This document shows, one piece after another, positions 27,992 to 38,619 of a stretch of DNA of 54,717 nt. The notes under the pieces were generated by a model, which did no database searches, was not told the origin of the DNA, and saw only the letters and a list, made by a program, of their open reading frames with translations. Origin of the DNA: a virus. Taxonomy: Duplodnaviria; Caudoviricetes. Within the stretch, counting starts at the first letter, position 1. Every line of letters starts with the position of its first letter. The position numbers and the translations under genes are program-made. The stretch lies in IMG/VR virus record IMGVR_UViG_3300025674_000053, positions 1-54,717 of that record; one strand, written 5' to 3'.

Positions 27992-28448
27992 ATATCCAGT
28001 ATATGTATTACATAATGAGCCAGAGGAACTGGACAATATGCTATGGCTTGAAGACCAAGTCATTGATGATAGAAATATGTTAGGGGAATCCCTAGGATTA
28101 AGAAGACTACAGACTCCAATGAAGAGTTTGTATCCACTTAAGTATCAATGTGATGATGAAGTAGCGATGCTTAAACACAGGGGAAAACATTTTGTTGATT
28201 CTAATGGACTATACTTTTACAATGAAAAGCTAGAAACAGCTCCATTGAAGTATCATAAAATTAGAATTGTAAAGAAAAAAGATGTGGCAACAGTATTATG
28301 GCTAAAGGATTGTCCTTTTCCTTTTACTGTGGCAAGACCACCAAAGGCAGAAGAAACATGGGCAGGTATACTTTATAAAAAAGGTATACCTTATGCTTTA
28401 TGGGAGTATGCAACTGAAAGGAAAAAAGACACATGGCGCAAGATTTAG
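27984..28448 (+). CDS. Conserved T5-like hypothetical protein
   Basis: YPVY...VIDDRN..G.SLGLRRL; located between polymerase and D10 as in T5-like phages. Confidence 0.6.
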   Translation: MIRYPVYVLHNEPEELDNMLWLEDQVIDDRNMLGESLGLRRLQTPMKSLYPLKYQCDDEVAMLKHRGKHFVDSNGLYFYNEKLETAPLKYHKIRIVKKKDVATVLWLKDCPFPFTVARPPKAEETWAGILYKKGIPYALWEYATERKKDTWRKI

Positions 28449-28687
28449 ATAAATTAAAAAGAAAACTAGAGAAGAAAATATGTCTAGTGCAGTTTGAATG
28501 TTTAAAAACAGGAGAAACAAAAACAAGAGAAATGACTACTAATCCTGATTGGACTAGAGGTATGGACATGAGAGCAATTAATGAAGATACTAGTAAAGTA
28601 GATAATAAAATTATCATGTATGACGTAGAGTTTATGAAGTGGCATGATATAAAGGAAAACACAATATTACACTGGAAAGAGTTATAA
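28433..28687 (+). CDS. Small WYL/DUF2693-like protein
   Basis: VQF....GE...REMT...MYDVE...W pattern. Confidence 0.45.
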   Translation: MAQDLDKLKRKLEKKICLVQFECLKTGETKTREMTTNPDWTRGMDMRAINEDTSKVDNKIIMYDVEFMKWHDIKENTILHWKEL

Positions 28688-30204
28688 TGTGTGGGTTTGT
28701 AGTCACTAGTTTAAATAACGAAGCAGATAAGTATATAGATGCCCAGCGTTTCAGAGGTCCTGATGCACGAGGCGAAACTATTAGGTACATGACAAACCTT
28801 ACATTTGCTCATGTGTTATTAGACATATCAGGGGAAAGTGAAGTTCAACCTTATATAACCAAGAAAGGTAATATAATGGTATTTAATGGAGAAGTATATG
28901 ACTCTAACATACCAAACGATACTAAGTTCTTGGCAGAGGGCTATGAGAAGTATGGATTTAAGTTTATAGAGTTTGCAAATTGGCATGGCTCTTTCTGTTT
29001 TATGAATTACAAAACAGGCATATGCGATATCGTAAGAGACCATTTTGGAGCTAAGCCCCTGTGGATAAAGAAAGAATATAACAAAGAAATATCCATATCT
29101 ACTAGCTTAGCTAGTTTTGTAGGCTCTGAGACAGTAGACATATCTGACAGCTTTTGGAAAAATCCTATATGGATGTATAAAGGCTCTCCCTTCAAAAATA
29201 TAATAAAAGTAGAGCCAGGCCAGTTGTATCACTATAATACTATAACACAAGTACTAAAGAAGGGTACTAATCTGTGGAATGGCTACAGAATAGATAATAA
29301 ACCTTTAGTAGAAGAAGAATTTAAAGAAAACTTAGTAAAAGGAATACAGTTAGTAGCAAAAAACAAACAAAAGACTGCTATATTTTTAAGTGGAGGTTTA
29401 GATAGCACCTGTGCTTTAGGAGTAGTAAAAGATATGGGGTTAGATTTAACTGCATATATTTGTGCATACTCTGATGAAAAAGGGGATATGTATAGACAAG
29501 AAATATTTGCTGACGAATCCGACTTAGCAATAAAAACTTGTGAAGAGTGGGGCATACCATACAAAGTAGTAACTCTAACTAAAAAACAAAGAGATGAGTA
29601 TGGAAAAGCTTGGGTAGAAGGAAATAACTATTTATGGAATGATAGTAACAGAAGAGCTCCCAGATACGCACTTGCTAAAGCAGCTTCGGAAGATGGATGT
29701 AAAGTTGTACTAACAGGTGATAGTGCTGATGAATTTTTCAGCGGATACCAACATCATGCTAAAAGATATACAAAAGGATATAACCAACAATGGATAGAGA
29801 ACTTTTGTAATAGACAAAGATGGTTAAGTGAGCGTATATTTAAAAACGATAAACAAGGATTTAACTCTACACTATTCATGGATTTAATGAGTACAAGTGA
29901 AAACAATGTATTAGCTGCTGACCAAACATGCGGATTATTCGGTATGGAATCTAGACCAGTGTATTTATCACAAGAGTTTACTAGATATGTCTACGAGACT
30001 GATGGTAAAATAAAAATGAAAATGCACAAAGATTATGCGTCTGGCACTTACAAGTATTTATTAAGGGAAGTTATGTCAGATTATTTACCTAAACATATAA
30101 AAGAAAGAAAAAAGAAATGTGGATGGTCTAGTCCTTGGGATAATAATTCAAACGAAATGAGACAACATAATAAAAAAGTATGGGAAGAATGGACAAACAG
30201 ATAG
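28687..30204 (+). CDS. Asparagine synthetase B-like glutamine amidotransferase
   Basis: N-terminal MCG, RGPD, FNGEVY, RDHFGAKPL, LSGGLDS, TGDSADE, KYLLRE. Confidence 0.9.
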   Translation: MCGFVVTSLNNEADKYIDAQRFRGPDARGETIRYMTNLTFAHVLLDISGESEVQPYITKKGNIMVFNGEVYDSNIPNDTKFLAEGYEKYGFKFIEFANWHGSFCFMNYKTGICDIVRDHFGAKPLWIKKEYNKEISISTSLASFVGSETVDISDSFWKNPIWMYKGSPFKNIIKVEPGQLYHYNTITQVLKKGTNLWNGYRIDNKPLVEEEFKENLVKGIQLVAKNKQKTAIFLSGGLDSTCALGVVKDMGLDLTAYICAYSDEKGDMYRQEIFADESDLAIKTCEEWGIPYKVVTLTKKQRDEYGKAWVEGNNYLWNDSNRRAPRYALAKAASEDGCKVVLTGDSADEFFSGYQHHAKRYTKGYNQQWIENFCNRQRWLSERIFKNDKQGFNSTLFMDLMSTSENNVLAADQTCGLFGMESRPVYLSQEFTRYVYETDGKIKMKMHKDYASGTYKYLLREVMSDYLPKHIKERKKKCGWSSPWDNNSNEMRQHNKKVWEEWTNR

Positions 30205-30593
30205 GATTTACTTGCGGAGCATTTGATTTGCTTCATGCAGGACATATAGTAATGCTCAAAGAAGCAAAAGATAACTGTGAGTATTTAATAGTAGGATTAC
30301 AAACAGACCCTAGTATAGATAGGCAGGAGAAGAAGCAACCAGTACAGTCTATATTTGAGAGATATATACAACTACGAGCAGTTAAGTATGTAGACGAAAT
30401 CATTCCTTATGATACAGAACAAAGTCTATTAGACTTGCTAGAAGCAACACCAATACATCTTCGATTTGTTGGAGAGGATTGGACAGATAGACATTTTACA
30501 GGAAAAGGATTACATGAGATTTTTTACACTAGTAGAGCTCATTCTTTTTCTAGTACGAATCTAAGGAATAAGATACATGAAAGCAGTTCTTAG
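30189..30593 (+). CDS. Cytidylyltransferase (TagD / glycerol-3-phosphate cytidylyltransferase-like)
   Basis: GAFDLLHAGH (HxGH), LIVGL, ER...VDE, GEDW, SST. Confidence 0.88.
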   Translation: MDKQIGFTCGAFDLLHAGHIVMLKEAKDNCEYLIVGLQTDPSIDRQEKKQPVQSIFERYIQLRAVKYVDEIIPYDTEQSLLDLLEATPIHLRFVGEDWTDRHFTGKGLHEIFYTSRAHSFSSTNLRNKIHESSS

Positions 30594-31857
30594 TAACAGA
30601 ATATACATGAGTGTAACTAAAGAGTTACACAATATTATCGAAAAGGAACTTACTTATAGTATTCCTCCACGTATACCTACAGACCCACCTTTAGTATTTA
30701 AAACAATACGATTTATAAAAGAAGGTTTGATATCCATACCTATCGGAAGAGTGGATTTAATCCCAGACGATTACGAAATAATCGACAAGAGGGTTAATGT
30801 GCCAACAGAACATGAAAAGTTTAAGTTTGAATTACGACCAAGTCAAAAGAGGGTGCATGACGAGATAGATGACAACGCTATAGTTAACGCTTGGGTAAGT
30901 TGGGGAAAGACATTTACAGGTTTAGCTATCGCAGCGAAGCTTGGTCAGAAAACATTAGTTGTTACCCACACAACTAACTTAAGAAACCAGTGGGAAAAAG
31001 AAGTACAAAAATGCTTTGGAATACAGGCAGGCAGAATAGGTAGTGGACAATTTAATATAAAGGCACCTATCGTTATCGGGAATATACAGAGTTTGTACCG
31101 AAAAATGGACGATATAAAACAAGAGTTTGGAACATTGATATTAGATGAAATGCATCACGTCAGTAGTCCTACTTTTACTCGTATTGTAGACGAAATGCCT
31201 ACGAGATATAAGATAGGCTTGACAGGAACTTTAGAGAGAAAAGATGGACGCCATGTAGTTTTTAGAGACTACTTTGGGCATAATGTTTTTAAACCGCCTA
31301 AAGAAAACTATCTTATACCAGAGGTGCATGTTATAAAGTCTGATATAAGATTCTTAGATGGTTCATTTACGCCTTGGGCAGAACGCATAAATCACTTAGC
31401 ATACAATGAAGAATATGTGCATAGTGTTGCAATGATAGCTGCAAAATATGCTGCACTAGGACATAAGGTATTAGTAGTGTCTGATAGAGTTGCATTTCTA
31501 AAAGCTTGTGCTAGATTAGTAGGCGACAATGCAGTATCAATTACAGGGGATATGGATTTTGAAGAAAGAGAAAAAACTATGGAACAAATAAAAGAGGATA
31601 AAAATATACTCTTTGGTACACAGTCTATTTTCTCAGAAGGTATATCTCTAAACGATTTAAGTTGTTTAGTATTGGGTACACCAGTTAACAATGAACCTTT
31701 GCTTACACAGTTAGTAGGTAGGGTTATAAGAGATAAAGAAGGAAAAGAAAAACCAGTGGTAGTAGATATTCACTTAAAAGGAAAAACAGCAACCCGACAA
31801 GCAAATGCTAGAATGGGTTACTACTTAAAACAAGATTATGAGGTAAAAGTGTTATGA
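30577..31857 (+). CDS. D10: Superfamily 2 helicase (T5 D10/UvsW-like)
   Basis: LRPSQ, SWGKT, DEMHH, GLTGT, QLVGRVIR. Confidence 0.9.
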   Translation: MKAVLSNRIYMSVTKELHNIIEKELTYSIPPRIPTDPPLVFKTIRFIKEGLISIPIGRVDLIPDDYEIIDKRVNVPTEHEKFKFELRPSQKRVHDEIDDNAIVNAWVSWGKTFTGLAIAAKLGQKTLVVTHTTNLRNQWEKEVQKCFGIQAGRIGSGQFNIKAPIVIGNIQSLYRKMDDIKQEFGTLILDEMHHVSSPTFTRIVDEMPTRYKIGLTGTLERKDGRHVVFRDYFGHNVFKPPKENYLIPEVHVIKSDIRFLDGSFTPWAERINHLAYNEEYVHSVAMIAAKYAALGHKVLVVSDRVAFLKACARLVGDNAVSITGDMDFEEREKTMEQIKEDKNILFGTQSIFSEGISLNDLSCLVLGTPVNNEPLLTQLVGRVIRDKEGKEKPVVVDIHLKGKTATRQANARMGYYLKQDYEVKVL

Positions 31858-32750
31858 GCGAAATTGAATTAAATTTAGATGAAATGAGGAAGCATAAGTT
31901 TATGATTGCTACTCCTATGTATGGAGGTATGTGTCATGGACTATACACTAGGTCTCTTATGGAAACCTGTGGAACACTGCAACAGTATGGGGTAGGTGCA
32001 CAGCTATTTTCTATATTCAATGAGAGTCTAATAACTAGAGCTAGAAACTATTGTGTAGCAAACTTTCTAAAAAGTGATTGTGATTACTTAGTTTTTATAG
32101 ATAGTGATATTGGGTGGAGGTCAATGGATTTTATGTACATGTTACATTTAATTACAGATAATCCTGATAAGTATAGAATTATGTGCGGACTTTATCCTAA
32201 GAAAACTATTGCATGGGAAAAGGTACTACACGCTGCTAAAAGCGGTATGTATGACGAAGCACCTTGGGAACTAGAGCAGATAGGAGGAGACATGGCGTTC
32301 AATCCTTTACCTAGTGAGTACCCCGATGGCCGAGCGCCTGTATTTGAGCCTATAAAAGTAAGAGAGGGCGCTACTGGTTTTATGATTATACAAAGAAGCG
32401 TATTTGAAGAATATGCAGAAGCACACCCTGAGTTGCTATATACTCCTGACCATCTTAGAGAAGGAGAGTTTGCACCAGGTGAAAAGATAACTGCTTTCTT
32501 TGATTGCATTATTAATGAAGATAACAGATATCTTTCAGAAGATTATATGTTTTCAGAGTACTGTATAAATCTTGGTATAGATATTTGGGCATTACCTGCA
32601 GTAGAACTAATGCATTGTGGCTCACATATCTACAGAGGAAATCTTGTCAAAATGGCTCAAAGCGATGTTCATGCTACAATCTCACCAGACGAAGTCGCTA
32701 ACATGCAGAACAAACCCAATGACTTAAGACACGACAAAAATAGTTCTTGA
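31854..32750 (+). CDS. GT-A glycosyltransferase-like protein
   Basis: IATPMYGG, ESLITRARN, FIDSDI (DxD), ATGFM, YLSEDY. Confidence 0.75.
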   Translation: MSEIELNLDEMRKHKFMIATPMYGGMCHGLYTRSLMETCGTLQQYGVGAQLFSIFNESLITRARNYCVANFLKSDCDYLVFIDSDIGWRSMDFMYMLHLITDNPDKYRIMCGLYPKKTIAWEKVLHAAKSGMYDEAPWELEQIGGDMAFNPLPSEYPDGRAPVFEPIKVREGATGFMIIQRSVFEEYAEAHPELLYTPDHLREGEFAPGEKITAFFDCIINEDNRYLSEDYMFSEYCINLGIDIWALPAVELMHCGSHIYRGNLVKMAQSDVHATISPDEVANMQNKPNDLRHDKNSS

Positions 32751-32775
32751 CACGAGTTCAAAAATTTGTTATAAT
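32747..32775 (+). promoter_or_regulatory. Sigma70-type promoter
   Basis: AAAAATAGTTC-TTGACA-17-TATAAT. Confidence 0.8.
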
Positions 32776-33168
32776 ATGTTACTATTTAATTGGAATAAGA
32801 TAATGAGAGTAAGCAAAGGGAATGTTGCTGATGCAATACAAATCCTTCGTATAATTACTTACAAGATTGAACCAAAAAATTATCATGATAAGACTTTTAA
32901 GTTTTATCAGTATCGATTCGGTGGACAGTCGTATCTCCTAAACCCAAAGGAGTTACTAGAAACTGGTCGAGCATTGAGTGATAGAGAAGTTGTTGAATAT
33001 GCAGGTGTCGCATCATTCCGCAATTATCACAACTATGTAAACACAAAAGACACCACACTAGACCTTCTGGAATGTCCAATTTCAGAAGAAATTATAAACA
33101 ATAACAGACTGCTTGAAGTCAAAAATGGAAGGGTACACTTTTGCTTTGAGGAGACATTAGGAGAATAA
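32776..33168 (+). CDS. Conserved T5-like hypothetical protein
   Basis: Syntenic between D10 and D11. Confidence 0.6.
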   Translation: MLLFNWNKIMRVSKGNVADAIQILRIITYKIEPKNYHDKTFKFYQYRFGGQSYLLNPKELLETGRALSDREVVEYAGVASFRNYHNYVNTKDTTLDLLECPISEEIINNNRLLEVKNGRVHFCFEETLGE

Positions 33169-33170
33169 TT

Positions 33171-33803
33171 ATGGCTATAGGCTTTAATACAACAAAGGGC
33201 TCAGCCCAAAAATCTAAAATCGAAACATATAACTACGCAGGTAAAGAAGACCACCATGTAAGACTGGTTGGTGACTTATTACCTAGGTACGTCTATTGGA
33301 TTAAAGGTGAGAATGGTAAAAACATTCCTATGGAGTGTCTAGCTTTTGATAGAAACTCAGAAACTTTTAATAACAAAGAACATGACCATGTTCGTGACTT
33401 TTACCCAGACTTAAAATGTGGATGGTCTTATGCCGTTCAGTGCATAGACTACGCCGATAAATCAGTAAAAGTTCTTAATCTAAAAAGAAAACTATTCGAC
33501 CAAGTTATAGTAGCTATGGAAGAGTTGGGTGACCCAACAGACCCAGTCACAGGATATGATATCCATTTCAAAAGAAAGAAGACTGGCCCACAGGTATTTA
33601 ATGTTGAGTATCAATTACAAGTTCTAAAGTGTAAACCAAGAGAACTTGAAGATTGGGAAAAAGAACTAACCGCAGACCTTAAGTCTATGGATGATGTTTT
33701 GCCAAGACCAACAGCAGACGCACAGTTAGAATTGTTGAGAAGAGTAAATGACCAAGGTGGAGAAACACCTGAGGAAGTATCAGAGGAGTTTGACGTATCA
33801 TGA
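33171..33803 (+). CDS. D11: T5 D11-like ssDNA-binding protein
   Basis: VRLVG..LPRYVYW, ECLAF, DPTDP..GYD, NVEY; acidic tail; synteny. Confidence 0.75.
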   Translation: MAIGFNTTKGSAQKSKIETYNYAGKEDHHVRLVGDLLPRYVYWIKGENGKNIPMECLAFDRNSETFNNKEHDHVRDFYPDLKCGWSYAVQCIDYADKSVKVLNLKRKLFDQVIVAMEELGDPTDPVTGYDIHFKRKKTGPQVFNVEYQLQVLKCKPRELEDWEKELTADLKSMDDVLPRPTADAQLELLRRVNDQGGETPEEVSEEFDVS

Positions 33804-34321
33804 TTGGAGTAGGAGAGAAGTTTCCTGCATTTAAATTGCAGGGTGTCAATAAAGACAACGAGTTTGTAGAAGTTTCAGTTACTGAACACTATGACCCGTT
33901 AAAGCACGATTATACAGTAATCTACTTCTATCCGAAAGATTTTACATTCATATGTCCAACCGAAATAGCGGGCATGGATGTATTAGTGGATGAAGCAAAC
34001 GTAATCGGTATTAGTGGGGATAATGAGTTCTGTAAATTGGCTTGGAAAAAAGACAATGAACTTATTGGAAACATTAATCATTCATTAGCAGCAGACTGCG
34101 GCTTAAGACTTTCAGACGAACTAGGAATAGTTGATGAAGAAGCAGGAGTTTGTTATAGAGCAACCTACATTATTGATAGAAATGATGTAGTACAACATGT
34201 AAGTGTTAACGCACTTGACACAGGCAGAAATGCAAATGAAGTTCTTAGAACTTTACAAGGCATTAAAGCAGGTGGATTAACGGGGTGTGAATGGACACCT
34301 GGGGATGACTTCGTAGTATGA
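33800..34321 (+). CDS. ahpC: Peroxiredoxin (AhpC/Prx1 family)
   Basis: FYPKDFTFICPTE, RATYIID, GRN..EVLR, C-terminal Cys. Confidence 0.92.
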   Translation: MIGVGEKFPAFKLQGVNKDNEFVEVSVTEHYDPLKHDYTVIYFYPKDFTFICPTEIAGMDVLVDEANVIGISGDNEFCKLAWKKDNELIGNINHSLAADCGLRLSDELGIVDEEAGVCYRATYIIDRNDVVQHVSVNALDTGRNANEVLRTLQGIKAGGLTGCEWTPGDDFVV

Positions 34322-35271
34322 TTTTATTTACAGCAGATTGGCATATAAAACTTGGACAAAAGAATGTACCTGTAGGGTGGGCATGCTCACGCTATGAGAT
34401 GTTCTTTGAACAAGTGCAGGACGCTGTAGATAGTCATGGAGTAACCCTCCATATCATTGGCGGGGACTTGTTTGACCGAGTCCCTTCCATGGATGAACTT
34501 ACTTTGTACTTTGATTTTGTGAAAAGAACAAATGTAAGAACAATTATCTATGATGGCAACCATGAAGCCACTAGAAAGAACAAGACTTTCTTTGATAATT
34601 TGAAGAGAGTAACAAATGAACTTAATCCACTAGTAAGTGTGATTACAGAAACATACTATGAAGATAACTGGTGTATCTTGCCTTACGCAGATTTACACAG
34701 AAAAAATAGTATAGAAAATATAGATGCAGAACATCTATTCACTCATGTGCGTGGAGAGATACCACCTCATGTTAACCCAGAAGTAGATTTAACTAGATTT
34801 GATAAGTACACAACAGTTTTTGCTGGAGACTTACATGCTCACGAGAATACTCAACGAAACATTGTATATCCAGGAAGTCCCATGACTACATCATTTCATA
34901 GAAACGAGGTCCAAACGGGGTATCTAATTATTGATGATTCGTTTAATTGGACATGGCATCAATTCGACTTACCACAACTTATTCGTAAGACTGTGGATAA
35001 TACGGAAGAAATGGTACAGACAGACTTTCACCACACTATTTACGAAGTCACAGGAGATATGCAGGATTTGGCACAGGTCAAAAACTCAGAACTTCTTGAT
35101 AAGAAAGTTGTAAATAGAACTGTGGATGCAAGACTAGACTTGAGTGGTGATTTATCTATTTCTGATGAATTAATAAAGTATCTTCAAGAGATTCTATCTT
35201 TTGATGATGATAAAATAAAAAACATAATGGGAGTATTTAATGATTATTCTTCAGAAGTTGAAGTGGGATAA
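34318..35271 (+). CDS. D12: SbcD/Mre11-like nuclease (T5 D12)
   Basis: ADWH, GDLFD, GNHE, GDLH, YPGSP. Confidence 0.9.
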   Translation: MILFTADWHIKLGQKNVPVGWACSRYEMFFEQVQDAVDSHGVTLHIIGGDLFDRVPSMDELTLYFDFVKRTNVRTIIYDGNHEATRKNKTFFDNLKRVTNELNPLVSVITETYYEDNWCILPYADLHRKNSIENIDAEHLFTHVRGEIPPHVNPEVDLTRFDKYTTVFAGDLHAHENTQRNIVYPGSPMTTSFHRNEVQTGYLIIDDSFNWTWHQFDLPQLIRKTVDNTEEMVQTDFHHTIYEVTGDMQDLAQVKNSELLDKKVVNRTVDARLDLSGDLSISDELIKYLQEILSFDDDKIKNIMGVFNDYSSEVEVG

Positions 35272-37054
35272 CTGCTTTTCCTACGGGGCAGGTAACGAGA
35301 TTGACTTATCAGAATCAACTCTCACACAATTAGTAGGAACAAATGGAGTGGGAAAATCCTCTATTCCCCTTATATTAGAGGAAGTTTTATTTAATAAGAA
35401 TAGTAAAAATGTTAAGAAAGCCGACATCGCAAACCGTTATGTCAATAATGGTTATAATATCAGCTTATCTTTTACAGTGGATGCTTCTGAGTATGTTATT
35501 AGCGTAAATCGTAAATCTGCTTTGAAGTGTAAACTTACCAAAGATGGCGAGGATATAAGTTCACACACAGCGTCAAATACTTACAAGACGCTTGGAGAAA
35601 TATTGGGTATTGATTTTAAGACGTTTTCGCAATTAGTGTACCAAAACACCAACGCATCATTACAATTCTTGACAGCGACAGATACTAATCGTAAGAAGTT
35701 CTTAATTGACCTCTTAAAACTAGACGATTATGTCGCATACTTTGATACTTTCAAAGAAGCAGTAAGGGTTGCTAGTAGTACAATTACAAGTGAGCAAGCC
35801 AAAATTGCAACAATTGAGAAATGGCTTACAGACAATTTTTTGGAAAATACAGAACTACTTGAAAAGATGATTTTACCAAAAATTTCGGAAGAAGACGAAC
35901 AATCTTTGCGTTCTTTACAATTAGATTTTGAAAATATCTCCGAAAAGAACAAAAAAATAAATCTGAATGAAAGTCTGAAGGAACAGTTAAAATCGATAGA
36001 CCTTGATAAAGCAAAAATGCAATTGACAAGCTATCCTGAAGAACAACCTTATATAGAACATTTAGGAAAAGTACAGACACTCAAAGTAGAAAGTCTAAAT
36101 GAAAAAGAGATGGTAAGTAAATATACTGACCTAATGTCTCAAACAAATGCAGAGTGCCCCACTTGTAGTCAAACTATAGATGATGCTTTTGTAGCTAGTC
36201 AGCTAGAGAAACATGAGGCTGAGTTTGCAAAAATTAACCAAGAGTTGGAAGAACAGCAACAACTCACAGATACAATTAGTAAAGAAAATGAGATACATAA
36301 ACAAGCAAAACGGAATGTCAAACAGTGGGAGGACCTCTACAGGTCTATCGACATTGACCTCCCGGAACAAGCAATTAATGCAGAAGAAATCCAAGAACAA
36401 ATTCAGGAACTTCGTACAAAAATTGCCACTGCTAGGTCGTCTCTTCAAGAGGTAATTGATGAAAACGAAAAAAGAGAAAGGCATAACACAAGAATTGGAA
36501 TTATTCTTGAGCAAACGGAACAGTTTGAGAGCGACCTTAGTGAAAGCGAGTCTAGATTACAGAGTGCAGAAGACAAACTGGCGGTACTTGAAACACTTAA
36601 GAAGGCTTTCTCGACAAACGGACTCTTAGCCTATAAAATAGAGAGTTTAGTAAAAGAGTTAGAAGTTCTTACAAATGAATATCTAGCAGAGTTTAGTGAT
36701 GGTAGATTTGCCATCAATTTTGTAGTGGAGAATGATAAACTAAATGTGGAAGTGTCAGACAACGGCAATATTATTGACATCCTTGCTCTTTCTAGCGGCG
36801 AGTTAGCTAGAGTAAATATTGCAACGTTAGTATCAATTAGGAAGTTAATGGCTTCAATAAGTAGAAGCCAAATCAATGTTCTTTTCCTTGACGAAGTAAA
36901 CCAAGCGTTAGACGAAGTCGGAAAAGAAAAAGTAGTAGAGGTATTGTTAAAAGAAGAGAATCTTAATACATACATGGTGTCACATGGTTGGACACATCCT
37001 CTGCTAGAGAAAATAGAAATAATAAAAGAAGACAACATCAGTTCTCTTGAATAG
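35240..37054 (+). CDS. D13: SbcC/Rad50-like ATPase (T5 D13)
   Basis: GTNGVGKS, coiled coil with CPTC hook, LSSGE, FLDE, SH. Confidence 0.92.
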   Translation: MIILQKLKWDNCFSYGAGNEIDLSESTLTQLVGTNGVGKSSIPLILEEVLFNKNSKNVKKADIANRYVNNGYNISLSFTVDASEYVISVNRKSALKCKLTKDGEDISSHTASNTYKTLGEILGIDFKTFSQLVYQNTNASLQFLTATDTNRKKFLIDLLKLDDYVAYFDTFKEAVRVASSTITSEQAKIATIEKWLTDNFLENTELLEKMILPKISEEDEQSLRSLQLDFENISEKNKKINLNESLKEQLKSIDLDKAKMQLTSYPEEQPYIEHLGKVQTLKVESLNEKEMVSKYTDLMSQTNAECPTCSQTIDDAFVASQLEKHEAEFAKINQELEEQQQLTDTISKENEIHKQAKRNVKQWEDLYRSIDIDLPEQAINAEEIQEQIQELRTKIATARSSLQEVIDENEKRERHNTRIGIILEQTEQFESDLSESESRLQSAEDKLAVLETLKKAFSTNGLLAYKIESLVKELEVLTNEYLAEFSDGRFAINFVVENDKLNVEVSDNGNIIDILALSSGELARVNIATLVSIRKLMASISRSQINVLFLDEVNQALDEVGKEKVVEVLLKEENLNTYMVSHGWTHPLLEKIEIIKEDNISSLE

Positions 37055-37071
37055 CATTACGAAAGTATTAC

Positions 37072-37100
37072 TTGACAAGAGAGTTGTTTTCTGTTATAAT
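37072..37100 (+). promoter_or_regulatory. Sigma70-type promoter
   Basis: TTGACA-17-TATAAT. Confidence 0.8.
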
Positions 37101-37120
37101 ATATTATATTTGGAGACAAT

Positions 37121-37348
37121 ATGAAAGTAGAAATATACAGCATACCCAACTGCACTTACTGCAAGAAAGCTAAGTTCTTAGCTGACCACGCTGATGAAGT
37201 GACTAGAGTTGAGTATAAAATGATTGGAACAGACTTTTCCGCAGCAGACGTTAGAACGTTATTTCCTGGTGCAAGAACATTCCCGCAAATCAAAGTTGAC
37301 GATAAACATATCGGTGGCTACACAGATTTGGAGAAGTTAATTGGTTAA
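37121..37348 (+). CDS. grx: Glutaredoxin
   Basis: CTYC, TFPQI, IGGY. Confidence 0.9.
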   Translation: MKVEIYSIPNCTYCKKAKFLADHADEVTRVEYKMIGTDFSAADVRTLFPGARTFPQIKVDDKHIGGYTDLEKLIG

Positions 37349-37829
37349 TAGCAGACAGAAAGGGAACAACGCAGAACTAAAAGTAGCAGAGATGCTTCAC
37401 AGAATTACAGGAGAAACCTTTACGCAAACTCCTGGTAGCGGTAGTGGTAAAATAAAAGGTGACTTGATGATACCACACAAGAATAATAAGTTTACAATCG
37501 AAGTAAAATTCTACCGAGATATGGCATTTAACCATAAAATATTTACTCAAAAGAGTAACACCTTTGTTGGGTGGTGGACTAAGTTAGTAGAACAGGCGGA
37601 ACAGATGAATCAAGAACCCCTGCTCATTTTCAAAGAAAACCACTCACGCTGGTATGTGGCAACGACAAGAAAGCCACTTTACAAAAAACATATGTACATT
37701 AATTGGCTTGGGTGCTACGTTACCTTTGCTGAGCAATTTTTAGAAACACAAAACATGGAATTTACAGATGGCGATAAAGTTTACGAACCATGGAAAGCCG
37801 AGCCCGAACGGGAACTTACTGATTGTTGA
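37341..37829 (+). CDS. D14: Holliday junction resolvase-like endonuclease (T5 D14)
   Basis: SRQKG..AE, PGSG, GDL, IEVK; synteny. Confidence 0.8.
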   Translation: MVNSRQKGNNAELKVAEMLHRITGETFTQTPGSGSGKIKGDLMIPHKNNKFTIEVKFYRDMAFNHKIFTQKSNTFVGWWTKLVEQAEQMNQEPLLIFKENHSRWYVATTRKPLYKKHMYINWLGCYVTFAEQFLETQNMEFTDGDKVYEPWKAEPERELTDC

Positions 37830-38619
37830 TGGACTCAATCTAGCTTTTCGATGGAAACACCAAGGTAATACTGACTTTGAACATGAATATGTTCGTACAG
37901 TTCAGTCACTTGCCAAGTCCTACAACTGTGGAGAGATAGTCGTCTTAGGAGATGGCGGTAGTAATTACCGTAAAGAAATCTATCCAGAGTACAAAGCAAA
38001 TCGTAAAGAACGATATGCAGAACAAACCCCCGAAGAAGAAGCCGAGTTCTTAGAATTTTTACAAGAATTTGGTACAACTATGAATACTTTAAAGTATAAG
38101 GGGTATCTTACGCTCAAATATCAGGGCGTAGAAGCTGATGATATAGCCGCTCTTATCTGTCAAAACAGAGAAGAATTAGGTCTCGAAGAGATTTGGATGA
38201 TATCATCAGACCGCGACTGGGATTTACTAGTCGATGAAAACATCAGTCGTTTTTCGACTGTAACTAGAAAAGAAACAACACTCCTAAATTGGGACGAGCA
38301 TTATGACTTTGACCCTGAGTACTTTTTAACATATAAGTGCTTAACTGGAGATAAAGGAGATAACGTACCTGGAGTTGATGGTGTTGGCCCTAAGCGAGCA
38401 TCCCAGCTTATAGAACAGTATGGCGATATCTTTGATATTATGGCGAGTTTGCCTCTTGAAGGAAAGTACAAGTATATTCAGAACTTAAATGAGTTCGGAA
38501 GCGAAGGACTAGAAACAGGAATACAACTCATGGATTTAACTTATGACGTAGACGGTGCAGTCTTAGGTCATGCAAAAGAAATTATAGGATTAGTAGAAGA
38601 TTATGTCAGTAAAAATTGA
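37768..38619 (+). CDS. D15: Flap endonuclease / 5'-3' exonuclease (T5 D15)
   Basis: VDGLNLAFR, YKANR, EADD, SSDRD, GDKGDNVPGV.GVGPKRA. Confidence 0.93.
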   Translation: MAIKFTNHGKPSPNGNLLIVDGLNLAFRWKHQGNTDFEHEYVRTVQSLAKSYNCGEIVVLGDGGSNYRKEIYPEYKANRKERYAEQTPEEEAEFLEFLQEFGTTMNTLKYKGYLTLKYQGVEADDIAALICQNREELGLEEIWMISSDRDWDLLVDENISRFSTVTRKETTLLNWDEHYDFDPEYFLTYKCLTGDKGDNVPGVDGVGPKRASQLIEQYGDIFDIMASLPLEGKYKYIQNLNEFGSEGLETGIQLMDLTYDVDGAVLGHAKEIIGLVEDYVSKN

